Assembly (NCBI GenBank): GCA_043820815.1 | Contig: JBDRDJ010000004.1 | Coordinates: forward strand, 14,956-78,955 | Source: Candidatus Omnitrophota bacterium | GTDB lineage: Bacteria > Omnitrophota > Gorgyraeia > Duberdicusellales > 4484-171 | Direction of reading: 5' to 3' | Length of the DNA: 64,000 nt | Shown: positions 26,848 through 36,971 of the stretch, one piece after another | Layout: each line of letters starts with the position of its first letter | How positions within the stretch are numbered: position 1 is the first letter of the stretch | Translations under genes and position numbers: made by a program | Notes under the pieces: model-generated | Seen by the model: the letters and a program-made list of their open reading frames with translations, nothing else | Databases searched by the model: none | Told to the model about the DNA's origin: nothing

Positions 26848-29300
26848 ATGATTTACAACAAAGAGATCGATAAGAAATGGCAGAATTACTGGGATAAGAA
26901 TGGGTTTTTCAAAGTTGATATAAAAGACAAATCGAGCCGTAGATATTACTGCTTAGTGATGTTTCCTATCCTTCCAGCGAGCTTCACGCAGGGCATGCCC
27001 GCAATTATGTTATCGGCGATGCCGTAAGCCGCTATAAAATAATGCAGGGGTTTAATGTTTTAAGCCCCATAGGCTGGGATGCTTTTGGCCTCCCTGCCGA
27101 AAACCAGGCAATCAAACACAAAATACACCCCAAAGCATGGACGATTAAAAATATACAAAGAATTACGGGCCAGCTTAAAAGCTGGGGTATCGGTTATGAC
27201 TGGGAAAAGGAAATTACTACCTGCCAGCCTGATTATTACAAATGGACCCAGTGGATTTTTCTCGAACTTTATAAAAAGGGACTTGCTTACCGCAAAGAGG
27301 CTCTCGTCAATTGGTGCAATTCCTGCAAAACCGTTCTTGCCAACGAGCAGGTGATAAGCGGCGCCTGTGAGCGCTGTTCGAGTGATGTAACTCAGAAGAA
27401 ACTTAAACAGTGGTTTTTCAAAATAACCGAATATGCAGAAAAACTTCTAAGCGGCTTAGAGTTGCTCAGCGAGTGGCCGGAAAGAGTCAAATTAATGCAG
27501 AATAACTGGATAGGAAAGTCATCGGGGGTTGAAATAAAGTTTCCCGTTCAGGGAACTTCTGAGGTGCTTGAATGTTTTACCACACGCGTTGACACTATCT
27601 TTGGCGCTACATTTGTCGCATTAAACTGGGAGCACCCTTTTGTCGAAAGGCTTATGGCCAATCCTGATATAAGGGATTTTGTTCAGAGGGTAAAAAATCA
27701 GCCTGTTTCCGTCCGCCTTATGGATAGTTTTGAAAAAGAGGGTATTTTTACCGGATACTATGCCTTAAATCCCATGACAAAAGAAAAGATTCCAATTTGG
27801 ATTGCTAACTATATTCTTTCCGGATACGGAACCGGGGCGATAATGTGCGTTCCCGCACACGATGAGCGTGATTACGAATTTGCCGTAAAATACAACTTGC
27901 CTATCGTCGAAGTAATCAAAAATACCAACCACCAATCACCAACCACCAACCACGATAAAAAAGCCTATGAAGGAGAAGGGGTGCTTATCAACTCATCCCG
28001 GTTCAACGGTTTGCCCTCGGAAGAAGCAAAGGAAAAAATAGCGGATTACATGCAGGAAAATAGCATTGGTAAACGGGATATTAATTATAAACTTAGGGAT
28101 TGGCTGGTTTCCCGCCAGCGTTACTGGGGAGCGCCGATTCCTGTTATATACTGTAAGGAATGCGGCCAGATTCCTGTGCCGGAGAAAGATTTACCGGTTT
28201 TACTGCCTGATGTTAAAGAGTTTCTTCCCACAGGGCAGTCGCCTTTAACTTACAGCGAAGAGTTCATAAATACCAAATGCCCTGAATGCAGCCGGCCGGC
28301 AATCAGAGAAACCGATACCATGGATACCTTTGTTGATTCAAGCTGGTATTATCTGCGCTATATTTCTTCCAAAGACGAACAGCGCCCTTTTGTCAGCGCC
28401 GATATAAAGAGATGGCTGCCTGTTGACCAGTATATAGGAGGAGTTGAGCACGCGATACTTCATCTTATGTATTCGCGTTTTATCTATAAGTTTCTCATCG
28501 ATAATAAAAACATAGATACTGATTTTCCGGAACCGTTTAAAAGGCTCTTTACCCAGGGCATGATAGTCAAGGACGGCGCAAAGATGTCAAAATCAAAGGG
28601 CAATGTCGTTGCCCCCGATTACATTATCGATAAATTCGGAGCCGACACAATGAGGCTCTATATTCTTTTTATGGGGCCTCCCGAGAAAGACGCCGAGTGG
28701 CAGGACCAGGGGCTTCAGGGTTGTTTCAGGTTTATACAGCGGGCATTGCGCTTAGCCGAAATTCTGCGTAATTACCGGGAATCCGCAGATTCCGGCGGGC
28801 TGAATCCTGAGGAAATAACTCTGCTAAGAAAGATTCATACAACCATAAAATCCGTAACGCGCGACCTTGAAGGAAGTTTTCAGTTTAATACGGCAATCAG
28901 CAGAATAATGGAATTAGTAAACCAGGCGCATAAATCTTTAAATGACGGTTCATTGCGCAAAGAGGTCCTGCGCGAAGCAGTGGATACTACTTTTATTCTT
29001 CTTTCTCCTTTTACGCCTCATCTTTGCGAAGAGGTTAATGAGCTGCTTGGCAATAAGCATTCCGTGTTTAAACGCAGCTGGCCCCGCGCTAACCAAAAGT
29101 ATTTACAGGAAGAGGAAGTTGAAATAGCTGTTCTTGTAAACGGGAAAGTCAAAGATAGGCTTCTGGTAAACGTTAACTGGCCTAAAGAGGAGATACAGGA
29201 AAAGGCCCTTTCTTTAGAAAAGATTAAAACTGCCCTCAAAAACAACTCGCCAAAAAAGGTTATTTATATAGACAAGAAAATCGTAAACATCGTCGCTTAA
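26848..29300 (+). CDS. leuS: Leucine--tRNA ligase, N-terminus displaced by an apparent 1-nt deletion
   Basis: ATG 26848 gives MIYNKEIDKKWQNYWDKNGFFKV…RYYCLVMFP. After ~26967 the +1 frame continues YPSSELHAGHARNYVIGDAVSRYKIMQGFNV… into track ORF 27042-29300 (KMSKS present). Confidence 0.9.
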
Positions 29301-29399
29301 TTTTGATCAGAAGTCAGAAGCCAGAGATAGAAGTCAGAAGGCATAAGGCTATTATTATATACTATTCTGAAACCTGACATCTGAAACTCAACTTAAATT

Positions 29400-29768
29400 A
29401 TGTTTCTATTGTCTCCCAGAGAACGCCAGGTTTTGCTTTGCATAGGCCTTCTTATACTATCCGGAAGTATTTTGCGCCTTGTAAAATCAAACAAATATCA
29501 GCCGGAATCAATAGCGCAAAACCCTGCCTTTACAGACCCTGTTTATAAACAGATTGATATCAATACCGCTTCAACCAAAGAGCTTGAGAGCCTCCCCGGT
29601 ATAGGCCCGGCAATTGCGCAAAGAATCATAGACTACCGCAGGCAGCACGGGAATTTTAAGAGTATAAATGACCTTAAGAATGTAAAAGGAATCGGTGATA
29701 AAAAAATCGAAGCCATCAAAAATTTCATCACTCTTACTTTAAACAATATTTCTGAAGATGGCCAATAA
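29400..29768 (+). CDS. comEA: ComEA-family DNA-binding protein (helix-hairpin-helix)
   Basis: [28 protein letters not shown]…[11 protein letters not shown]. Confidence 0.85.
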   Translation: MFLLSPRERQVLLCIGLLILSGSILRLVKSNKYQPESIAQNPAFTDPVYKQIDINTASTKELESLPGIGPAIAQRIIDYRRQHGNFKSINDLKNVKGIGDKKIEAIKNFITLTLNNISEDGQ

Positions 29769-29800
29769 AATTTAATCTGCGGCCATCTGCGTTAAAACTA

Positions 29801-31246
29801 ATGAAAAACATCAATCTGGGCGCTTGCCTGAATTTCTTCATTTTCATTTGCTTTGCTTTGGGTATTATTATCGGCAGGCATTTTCAGTTTTTTATGCTTT
29901 TTCTGTGCTTGTCATCGGCCGCTCTATTATCAGCAATCTTCTATCATAAGCGCAACAGGCCTTTTGTTTTTGAAATATCACTGCTTTTGTTATTTGTTTT
30001 TTTAGGAGCATTATGGATTATTCCTTATTCTTTTTATAGTTTAAAAGATTTCTCGGGAACTGAAAACAATTTTAAACTTAAAGTCGTATCTTATCCTATA
30101 AAGCAGTATCACCGCAATTCTTTCAAGGCTCATATAGAAAGGGCAGGAGTTTATCCGGTATGCCAAAAGGTAAAAGCAGCCGATTATACCCTGTCAATGC
30201 AGTATCTTAACTCGTACGCCGTAAAAGGTAAAATAAGAGAAAGCAAATACAAGAAACGGTTTTTTTATACCCTTTATATAAAGAAGGATTCGGGTTTACA
30301 TGAATTACCTTTAAAACTTATCGACAGGCTGAAGATAAAAATAACCGCCAGCCTGCTTAATTTATTCGAAAGAAACACAAGCCCGGAGGCGTTCAGTTTC
30401 CTGTCTTCGGTTTTTTTAGGGCGCAGGGAATTCTTAGGGGGCCAGAGGGAAATTTTTCAAAGAGCCGGCGCCTCTCACCTTTTAGCCATAAGCGGGCTCC
30501 ACATTGGTTTAAGCGCTTTTATTCTTGTATTTTTTCTTAGATCCCTGCATTTAAATTATCGGGCGAGCTTAGCCGCCTCACTAATTTTTCTAATTTGTTA
30601 TACCATTCTTACAGGGGCAAGCGCATCGACCGTACGCGCGGTTATTATGTATTTAGTTTTTGCAATCAGTTTCTTTGCCGAAAGCAAAACAAACCCTTTT
30701 AACTCCTTGGGCCTTGCGGGTTTTGTTTCTTTGCTTGTTAACCCGGAAGCCTTGTTTGAGGTTGGTTTCCAGCTGTCCTTTTTGGCAGTGGGCGCCATTA
30801 TTTTAGGCTTCAGCTTTTTCCCCCTGAAGGCCTCAAGAAGCCCGGTTGCTAATTACTTAAAGCATATTTTTGTCTCGTCGCTCTGGGTTGCCCTGTTTAT
30901 TACCCCTTTAGTATCATACTATTTCGGGCGTGTCTATATCTTAAGCCCTGCCTTTAATATAATTTTTATACCTTTCTTTACGGCAATTTTGACAGTGAAT
31001 TTTCTTATGATTATGCTTTCGCCGATACCTTATTTTGCCGCTAGCATTGGCGCGGTCATTTCTCTTCTGATTAAAATCTTTATTGCTTCGGCGCGTTTCT
31101 TAGGCTCCTTAAGGTTTTCCGCGTTTCCTTATACTTTTACATTAAAGGGTATGACTCTATATTATTTTTTTCTTTTACTCTTGTTCTTTTCAGTTAAGCA
31201 TGCTTTTATATGGCTCAGCCTAAAGGGAAAATTAATCAGAAAATAA
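29801..31246 (+). CDS. comEC: ComEC/Rec2-family membrane channel (no beta-lactamase domain)
   Basis: Polytopic membrane protein; FQRAGASHLLAISGLHIG competence-domain motif. Confidence 0.8.
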   Translation: MKNINLGACLNFFIFICFALGIIIGRHFQFFMLFLCLSSAALLSAIFYHKRNRPFVFEISLLLLFVFLGALWIIPYSFYSLKDFSGTENNFKLKVVSYPIKQYHRNSFKAHIERAGVYPVCQKVKAADYTLSMQYLNSYAVKGKIRESKYKKRFFYTLYIKKDSGLHELPLKLIDRLKIKITASLLNLFERNTSPEAFSFLSSVFLGRREFLGGQREIFQRAGASHLLAISGLHIGLSAFILVFFLRSLHLNYRASLAASLIFLICYTILTGASASTVRAVIMYLVFAISFFAESKTNPFNSLGLAGFVSLLVNPEALFEVGFQLSFLAVGAIILGFSFFPLKASRSPVANYLKHIFVSSLWVALFITPLVSYYFGRVYILSPAFNIIFIPFFTAILTVNFLMIMLSPIPYFAASIGAVISLLIKIFIASARFLGSLRFSAFPYTFTLKGMTLYYFFLLLLFFSVKHAFIWLSLKGKLIRK

Positions 31247-31259
31247 AAAACCATTTTAA

Positions 31260-31288
31260 TTGACATGCTTATGCGGCTAAGGTAAAAT
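31260..31288 (+). promoter_or_regulatory. Sigma70-type promoter ahead of the PPIase-cpaB-secretin-ATPase gene string
   Basis: TTGACA 31260-31265, 17-nt spacer, TAAAAT 31283-31288. Confidence 0.6.
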
Positions 31289-31307
31289 AAATTAAAAAGG
31301 AGGAGGT

Positions 31308-32210
31308 ATGCCTAAGAAAGTTTTAACTATTTTAGTTTTATGTGTAATCCTTATAGCAGGATGTGATAATCTTCCCTGGAATAAGCCGCAACAGCCAAAA
31401 CCGGAAAAATCGCCGGTTCTTTCCTATAAAGGCCCTCTTTTAGCCCAAGTAGGCAATTGGGCTATAGGAAAAATAGATTTTGAAAACCAGCTTAAAGCCG
31501 TAAGGGCCATAAATGCTGAAATTGATACCGAGAATAAAGAATTCCAAAAGCGTTTTCTCCAGGAGCTGGTAGATATCGAGACTCTGGCTCAGGAAGCAGA
31601 AGCTCAGGGTGTGGATAAGGAAAAAGAGGTTCAGGACGCAATAAGAAATTTTAAGCGTACCCTCCTGGCACAGAAGATGCTCGGTGACATAGCAAAAAGC
31701 ATTACTGTAACCGATGTGGAAATAAAGAATTTCTACGAAAGTAACAAATTGGCTTTAACAGAGCCTCAGCAGACAAAAGTGCGGGAAATAGTTGTTTCAA
31801 CTGAGACGGAGGCCAAAGACCTTTTAATTAAACTTCTTAAAGGCGAAGATTTCGCAAGCCTTGCAAAAGAATACTCCGTGTCAGAGAATAAAAGCAAAGG
31901 GGGAGACCTGGGGTATTTGATTTTTGGTTCGGAAAATATCCCGGAGAGGCTCAAGAATTTTGAGAAGTTCTGGCAGACAGTATTCACTACTGAAAAAGGA
32001 AGCTCTTCGAATTATTTTAAAGGAGAAGAAGGATACTATATTATCAAGGTTGAAGATATAAAAGAAGGAAAAATCACTCCTTTAAGCGAAGTCCGCGAGG
32101 CAATAGAAGAGAGGCTGCGCAGGGATAAAATAGAGAAGAAAAAAGACGATATAGTCTTTAGCGCCAAGTCAAAATTCGAAATAAAGGTTAATAGCCATTT
32201 GCTCGACTAA
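31308..32210 (+). CDS. Parvulin-type peptidyl-prolyl isomerase lipoprotein (PrsA/SurA-like)
   Basis: Lipobox LIAGC; parvulin segment FASLAKEYSVSENKSKGGDLGY. Confidence 0.8.
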   Translation: MPKKVLTILVLCVILIAGCDNLPWNKPQQPKPEKSPVLSYKGPLLAQVGNWAIGKIDFENQLKAVRAINAEIDTENKEFQKRFLQELVDIETLAQEAEAQGVDKEKEVQDAIRNFKRTLLAQKMLGDIAKSITVTDVEIKNFYESNKLALTEPQQTKVREIVVSTETEAKDLLIKLLKGEDFASLAKEYSVSENKSKGGDLGYLIFGSENIPERLKNFEKFWQTVFTTEKGSSSNYFKGEEGYYIIKVEDIKEGKITPLSEVREAIEERLRRDKIEKKKDDIVFSAKSKFEIKVNSHLLD

Positions 32211-32228
32211 TAAAAAAAGAGGTAAGAT

Positions 32229-33041
32229 ATGGACAAAAGAATGGTGAACATAGTAATCGGTCTTATTGTGGGTATGTTTGCGCTATTTCTGATTTGGCAG
32301 CATAACGCAAGGCAGGAAGCGAGAATCCAGAGGCTTATTGAGGAAGGCAAACTCGTTGAAGTCGTTGTCGCAAGGAGAGACATACCTAAAGAAACCACTA
32401 TAACTCAGGATATGATTGAGAAGAAGGTAGTAAAGAAGAATACTTTAAACCCGAATGACTTAAGTGATGTTCAATCCGTTATCGGCCAGTTTGCCGAGAC
32501 CGATATTTTAAGAGGCCAGTATATAAGCGCAAACATGTTAAGGATTTTAACGGGGGCGGATTACCTTTCTCAGACAGTTCCACCGGGTTACCGGGCGATA
32601 ACTATTCCTGTTGACAAAATTTCCGCTATCGAAGGCTTACTTCGTCCGGGAGACAAGGTCGATATTATAGGAACTTTCAGCCTGCCCACAGGCTCAGGCC
32701 AGAATGCTCCCGTTGTTGTCAATGTGTTTCAGAATGTTAAGATTCTTGCGACAAATAAAAACATATCTCCTTATCAACAGTCAACGAGCATCGATACTAT
32801 AACGCTTTCTCTTAAACCGGAAAATGTTAAAGTGCTTACCTATATGTTAGAGTGGAGCAAACTCAGGCTGGTGTTAAGGTCTCCTTTGGATACCGGCGAA
32901 GAGTTTGGGTATTCAGCGGTCACATTTGATAATTTAATGGCGCGCCTGGGGTTTACTCCGCCGCCTCCGACGTCTAAGCAAGATGAGCTTACTGTTGAGG
33001 TTTACCGCGGCTCACAAAGCGGCGAGGAACCTTTGCGCTGA
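32229..33041 (+). CDS. cpaB: Flp pilus assembly protein CpaB/RcpC
   Basis: N-terminal TM, SAF-like VVVARRDIPKETTITQDMI, RcpC-type beta domain; sits upstream of the secretin. Confidence 0.8.
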   Translation: MDKRMVNIVIGLIVGMFALFLIWQHNARQEARIQRLIEEGKLVEVVVARRDIPKETTITQDMIEKKVVKKNTLNPNDLSDVQSVIGQFAETDILRGQYISANMLRILTGADYLSQTVPPGYRAITIPVDKISAIEGLLRPGDKVDIIGTFSLPTGSGQNAPVVVNVFQNVKILATNKNISPYQQSTSIDTITLSLKPENVKVLTYMLEWSKLRLVLRSPLDTGEEFGYSAVTFDNLMARLGFTPPPPTSKQDELTVEVYRGSQSGEEPLR

Positions 33042-33050
33042 TATAAGAAG

Positions 33051-33158
33051 TAACCTTTATAAGATACTTCGTCCGCCTGCTGCGGACTCAGTATCAATTC
33101 GGCCTTATGACTTATGAAAATCAAAGATTTTTATAAGTCATGGCCTCATTGAAGGAGG
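33051..33158 (+). promoter_or_regulatory. Repeated two-hairpin 5' leader, copy C (between cpaB and the secretin)
   Basis: Conserved flanks identical to copies A/B; second hairpin replaced by the unrelated stem GGCCTTATGACTTATGAAAATC/GATTTTTATAAGTCATGGCC; GAAGGAGG 6 nt before TTG 33165. Confidence 0.7.
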
Positions 33159-33164
33159 ATAACC

Positions 33165-34793
33165 TTGAGAACGATAATAATAACTTCTTTCATATTTATA
33201 TTCTCGTTTTTCTCTATTTTTCCTTTCACAACTCTAACAGCTCAAAATTTTCTAAACCTCGAAGAAGATGACAAAGAAATATCGCTTATTGTGGGTGAGG
33301 TTAATGTTTTTAGTGTTTTATCTCCCAAGCGGGCATCTATCCGTAATCCGGAAATCGCTGATATTACTAAGATTTCCGGAAATGAGGTTGTTGTCGTGGC
33401 AAAACAAGGCGGAGAAACCGTACTTACAATATGGGACAAAGCGGGGAAAAACGAATTTTTTATTACTGTCCAGCCCCAGGATCTCGATAGAGTCAGTGAG
33501 AAACTCAAGAATTTGATAAATAAAAATTTAGAGATAGAGAACGTATCTTTTAAAAATAATGAAGTTACCGGCAAGATAATGGTTATGGGAGAGGTAACAC
33601 CTGTTGAGAAAGCGAATATCGAAAGCGTTCTCGAGCCCTTTGCTGCAAGCGTAAATAACCTTCTCTCCTTAAAGGAAGAGAGCAAGATGGTTGAGATTGA
33701 ATGCCAGGTTCTTGAATTGAACAAGAGTAAAATAGACCAGTTGGGTGTTAACTGGCAGGATTATTTGCAATTTAGAGAGGAGCCTTATTCGGCTCCCGGC
33801 ACCACTTCTACGGGAGGCGTCAGCACCACCCTGAATAAAATAAAACCCTGGAGCGCTATTTGGCCTGTGCATTTATGGTCAAGAGACGCACTTACCGCGC
33901 GTATCAATATGATTATTGAAGACGACAAGGGAAGAATCCTTTCCAGGCCTCAGCTTATGTGTTTAAGCGGAAAAGAAGCAAAGCTGACAGTAGGAGGAGA
34001 AGTCCCCTATGTTAGTTCATCGACAACCAATGAGACCGGCACAGGAGTTGATGTTGAGTATAGAGAGTACGGGGTAATCTTAACTTTACAGCCCAATGTG
34101 ATTTCCGGCAACAGAGTCCTTCTTAACGTAAGCACTGAAGTAAGCGAGCTTGACTGGACAAACGCTATCACGGTTTCGAGCATAAGCATCCCCGCATTCA
34201 CTACCCGCGAAGCCGAAACCGTTTTGAATGTTGACTCCGGAGATACTATATTCATCGGCGGCCTCATCAAAAACGAAGAATCAAAAAATATTGATAAAGT
34301 TCCCGGTTTGGCAAACATTCCTATTCTGGGGGCGCTTTTTAGGTCTAAGGATTTTCAGAATGACGAAACCGAGCTTGTCATAACCTTAACGCCTATAATC
34401 AGGGAAAGTAACATTGAAAAGCCCCGGCCGGCTGCCGAGGGCCAGGGGCGTGCTCCGATTTCTTTAAAACCGGTTGTGTTTCCCGAGTACCTTACACATG
34501 ATAAAAACTTAAACGAATATATACTTAAAGTCCAAAACATGATTTTTAAATCCCTTGGCTATCCCAGGCTCGCAGGCGAAGCGGGCTGGCAGGGAGATTT
34601 GAAACTCAAGATTCATTTAAACCAGGAAGGACATATTATCGAGGCAAGAGTAATTGAGTCTTCCGGGTATGAGTATTTTGATAGTAGTGCTCTTGATGTC
34701 GCAAAGTCTTTAAGTCCGTACCCGCCGTTTCCTTCTAGCGTAGAGCTGGAAGACCTATGGATAGACATACCTATAGCCTATAGAATAAAGTAG
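33165..34793 (+). CDS. cpaC: Tad-type secretin (CpaC/RcpA) with a C-terminal TonB-C-like domain
   Basis: Signal peptide; pilus-formation N-domain (LIVGEVNVFSV…VVVAKQGGETVLTIWD); secretin core (VPGLANIPILGALFRS); last ~90 aa (GYPRLAGEAGWQGDLKLKIHLNQEGHIIEARVIESSGYEYFDSSALDV) look like TonB_C. Confidence 0.8.
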   Translation: MRTIIITSFIFIFSFFSIFPFTTLTAQNFLNLEEDDKEISLIVGEVNVFSVLSPKRASIRNPEIADITKISGNEVVVVAKQGGETVLTIWDKAGKNEFFITVQPQDLDRVSEKLKNLINKNLEIENVSFKNNEVTGKIMVMGEVTPVEKANIESVLEPFAASVNNLLSLKEESKMVEIECQVLELNKSKIDQLGVNWQDYLQFREEPYSAPGTTSTGGVSTTLNKIKPWSAIWPVHLWSRDALTARINMIIEDDKGRILSRPQLMCLSGKEAKLTVGGEVPYVSSSTTNETGTGVDVEYREYGVILTLQPNVISGNRVLLNVSTEVSELDWTNAITVSSISIPAFTTREAETVLNVDSGDTIFIGGLIKNEESKNIDKVPGLANIPILGALFRSKDFQNDETELVITLTPIIRESNIEKPRPAAEGQGRAPISLKPVVFPEYLTHDKNLNEYILKVQNMIFKSLGYPRLAGEAGWQGDLKLKIHLNQEGHIIEARVIESSGYEYFDSSALDVAKSLSPYPPFPSSVELEDLWIDIPIAYRIK

Positions 34794-34794
34794 T

Positions 34795-36963
34795 ATGCAG
34801 GCACGCATAATAACATTATTCAGCCCTAAGGGAGGGGTAGGTAAAACCCTTTTTTCTCTTAATATCGCGGTGAGCCTTTCCTCAAAAGCAAGGCGGGTGT
34901 TGTATCTTGACCTCGATTTGGGCGCTCCTCAATCAACCTCGAAACTATTGGGAATTTCGGCTAAGTATTGTCTTTTTAATCTCATAGAACAGTTTGATGA
35001 ATTCGCCCAGAAGAAGCGCAATGTGCACAGCTACCTTTCCCGGTATAAAGGCAATTTAGCCTTTTTGCCTTCGATAACCAAGCTTTCCCAGAGGTCAAAG
35101 ATAACCTCGCAGGTAATAAAGGATTTCTTAAACCTCGTTCAAAACGATTTCGATTTTATCATCATAGACGGCGGAAGCACTTTAACCGACAACCTTATTA
35201 CCACCTTTGATTTCTCAAGCCTTATTCTTCTTGTGTTAACACCTGATACTCTTTCAATTTATCAAACCGAGTGGCTTCTTGATACCCTTCAGAGCATCGG
35301 GTTTCCTTCGCGTATGATAAAAGTAATATTAAACCGTGCCGAGAGTAAAGGTTCTATCAGCTGGCAGGAGATAAAAGCTATTCTGCCTTCCGAAATTATT
35401 GCGCTCGTTCCATCAGAAGGAAAAGTCGCAGGAGTATCTATGAACAAAGGCGTTCCGATTGTTGACTATAGCCCCAATTCTAAGATTTCAAACGCAATTG
35501 ATAAACTTACAAAAGATTTAATTGACAGAGCTGATATCCATATTGAACATAAAGACTTAACCCAAATCCGCCTATCAAAAGACTTAGAAGTCCAGGAAGA
35601 GGAATTGTTCTGGGAGAAAATAGGTTTGGCTGAGAAGACTGAAAAGATAGAGCTTAGGGAAGAGGAAGATGAGGTGATAAGATTCAAAAAAAGGGTTCAC
35701 CAGCAGCTTATCGAAGAACTTGATTTAAAACGCCTGTCTATCGAAGTTTTCTCATACAGCCCTGATCGAATAAGGGAATTGCGTAAGCGGGCAGAGAGAG
35801 TTGTGGCCAATATAATAAGCAAAGAAGCCGGAGGATTCATCTCTTCTCTTGAGGTGCGTAAGAAAGTGACCAAAGAGATACTGGATGAGGCTCTTGCTTT
35901 CGGGCCTCTGGAAGATCTTCTCAAAGACCCGTCCACAACAGAGGTAATGGTTAACAATAAAGACCATATTTACATAGAGAGAGAAGGTAAGCTTTATTTA
36001 ACAACCAAGAAGTTTACCAGCAACGATCAGGTAAGAATAGTTATTGAAAGAATACTTGCTCCTTTAGGAAGGAGAATTGATGAGTCTGTTCCTTATGTTG
36101 ACGCCCGCCTTCCTGACGGCTCACGCGTTAATGCTATTATATCGCCCCTTTCTTTGACCGGGCCGACTTTAACCATAAGAAAATTCGCTCGCCAGCGTTT
36201 TACCATGGACCATTTAATAAATAAATTCGAGAGTTTAACCCCTGAGATAGCCTTGTTTTTAAATGCCGCAGTCAGGGCCCGCAAAAATATCCTGATTTCA
36301 GGCGGAACCGGTTCAGGAAAAACAACATTCTTAAATATTTTATCTGAGTATATCCCTGATGAAGAGAGGATTGTTAGTATTGAAGATTCAGCCGAGCTTA
36401 AACTTCACCAGGCACACTGGGTAAGGCTTGAGGCGCGGCCGCCTAATATTGAGGGAAAGGGCGAGATTACAATAAGGGATTTATTCAGAAATTCCCTTCG
36501 CATGCGCCCTGACAGGATAATCGTAGGTGAAGTTAGAGGCCACGAAGTTATTGATATGCTTCAGGCCATGAATACAGGCCACGACGGGAGTATGTCAACA
36601 ATTCATGCCAACACAACCCATGATGTTTTAATAAGGCTTGACAGTATGATTTTGATGAGCGGCATAGAACTTCCTGTGCGTTCCATAAGAGAGATGATTG
36701 CTTCAGCCCTTGATTTGATTGTCCAGACAGAGCGTTTGTCAGACGGGTCCCGTAAGGTAGTTGCTGTTACAGAAGTTGTCGGCATGCTCGATGAAACCCA
36801 TATAAACCTTCAGGATATATTTTACTACCGCCAGACCGGCGTAGATGATAAAGGAAAAGTTAAAGGTTATTTTACTTCTTTAGGCTATATTCCTACATTC
36901 TACGATGAAATTCGGGCCCGCGGCATTGATTTACCCAGAGAAGTATTCATCTCTAAAGAATAA
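34795..36963 (+). CDS. TadZ/CpaE-like ParA/MinD ATPase fused to a TadA/CpaF secretion ATPase
   Basis: N-terminus SPKGGVGKT (deviant Walker A); C-terminal half GGTGSGKTT, IVSIEDSAEL, TGHDGSMSTIHAN (T2SSE/VirB11 family). Confidence 0.8.
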   Translation: MQARIITLFSPKGGVGKTLFSLNIAVSLSSKARRVLYLDLDLGAPQSTSKLLGISAKYCLFNLIEQFDEFAQKKRNVHSYLSRYKGNLAFLPSITKLSQRSKITSQVIKDFLNLVQNDFDFIIIDGGSTLTDNLITTFDFSSLILLVLTPDTLSIYQTEWLLDTLQSIGFPSRMIKVILNRAESKGSISWQEIKAILPSEIIALVPSEGKVAGVSMNKGVPIVDYSPNSKISNAIDKLTKDLIDRADIHIEHKDLTQIRLSKDLEVQEEELFWEKIGLAEKTEKIELREEEDEVIRFKKRVHQQLIEELDLKRLSIEVFSYSPDRIRELRKRAERVVANIISKEAGGFISSLEVRKKVTKEILDEALAFGPLEDLLKDPSTTEVMVNNKDHIYIEREGKLYLTTKKFTSNDQVRIVIERILAPLGRRIDESVPYVDARLPDGSRVNAIISPLSLTGPTLTIRKFARQRFTMDHLINKFESLTPEIALFLNAAVRARKNILISGGTGSGKTTFLNILSEYIPDEERIVSIEDSAELKLHQAHWVRLEARPPNIEGKGEITIRDLFRNSLRMRPDRIIVGEVRGHEVIDMLQAMNTGHDGSMSTIHANTTHDVLIRLDSMILMSGIELPVRSIREMIASALDLIVQTERLSDGSRKVVAVTEVVGMLDETHINLQDIFYYRQTGVDDKGKVKGYFTSLGYIPTFYDEIRARGIDLPREVFISKE

Positions 36964-36971
36964 GGTAAAAG

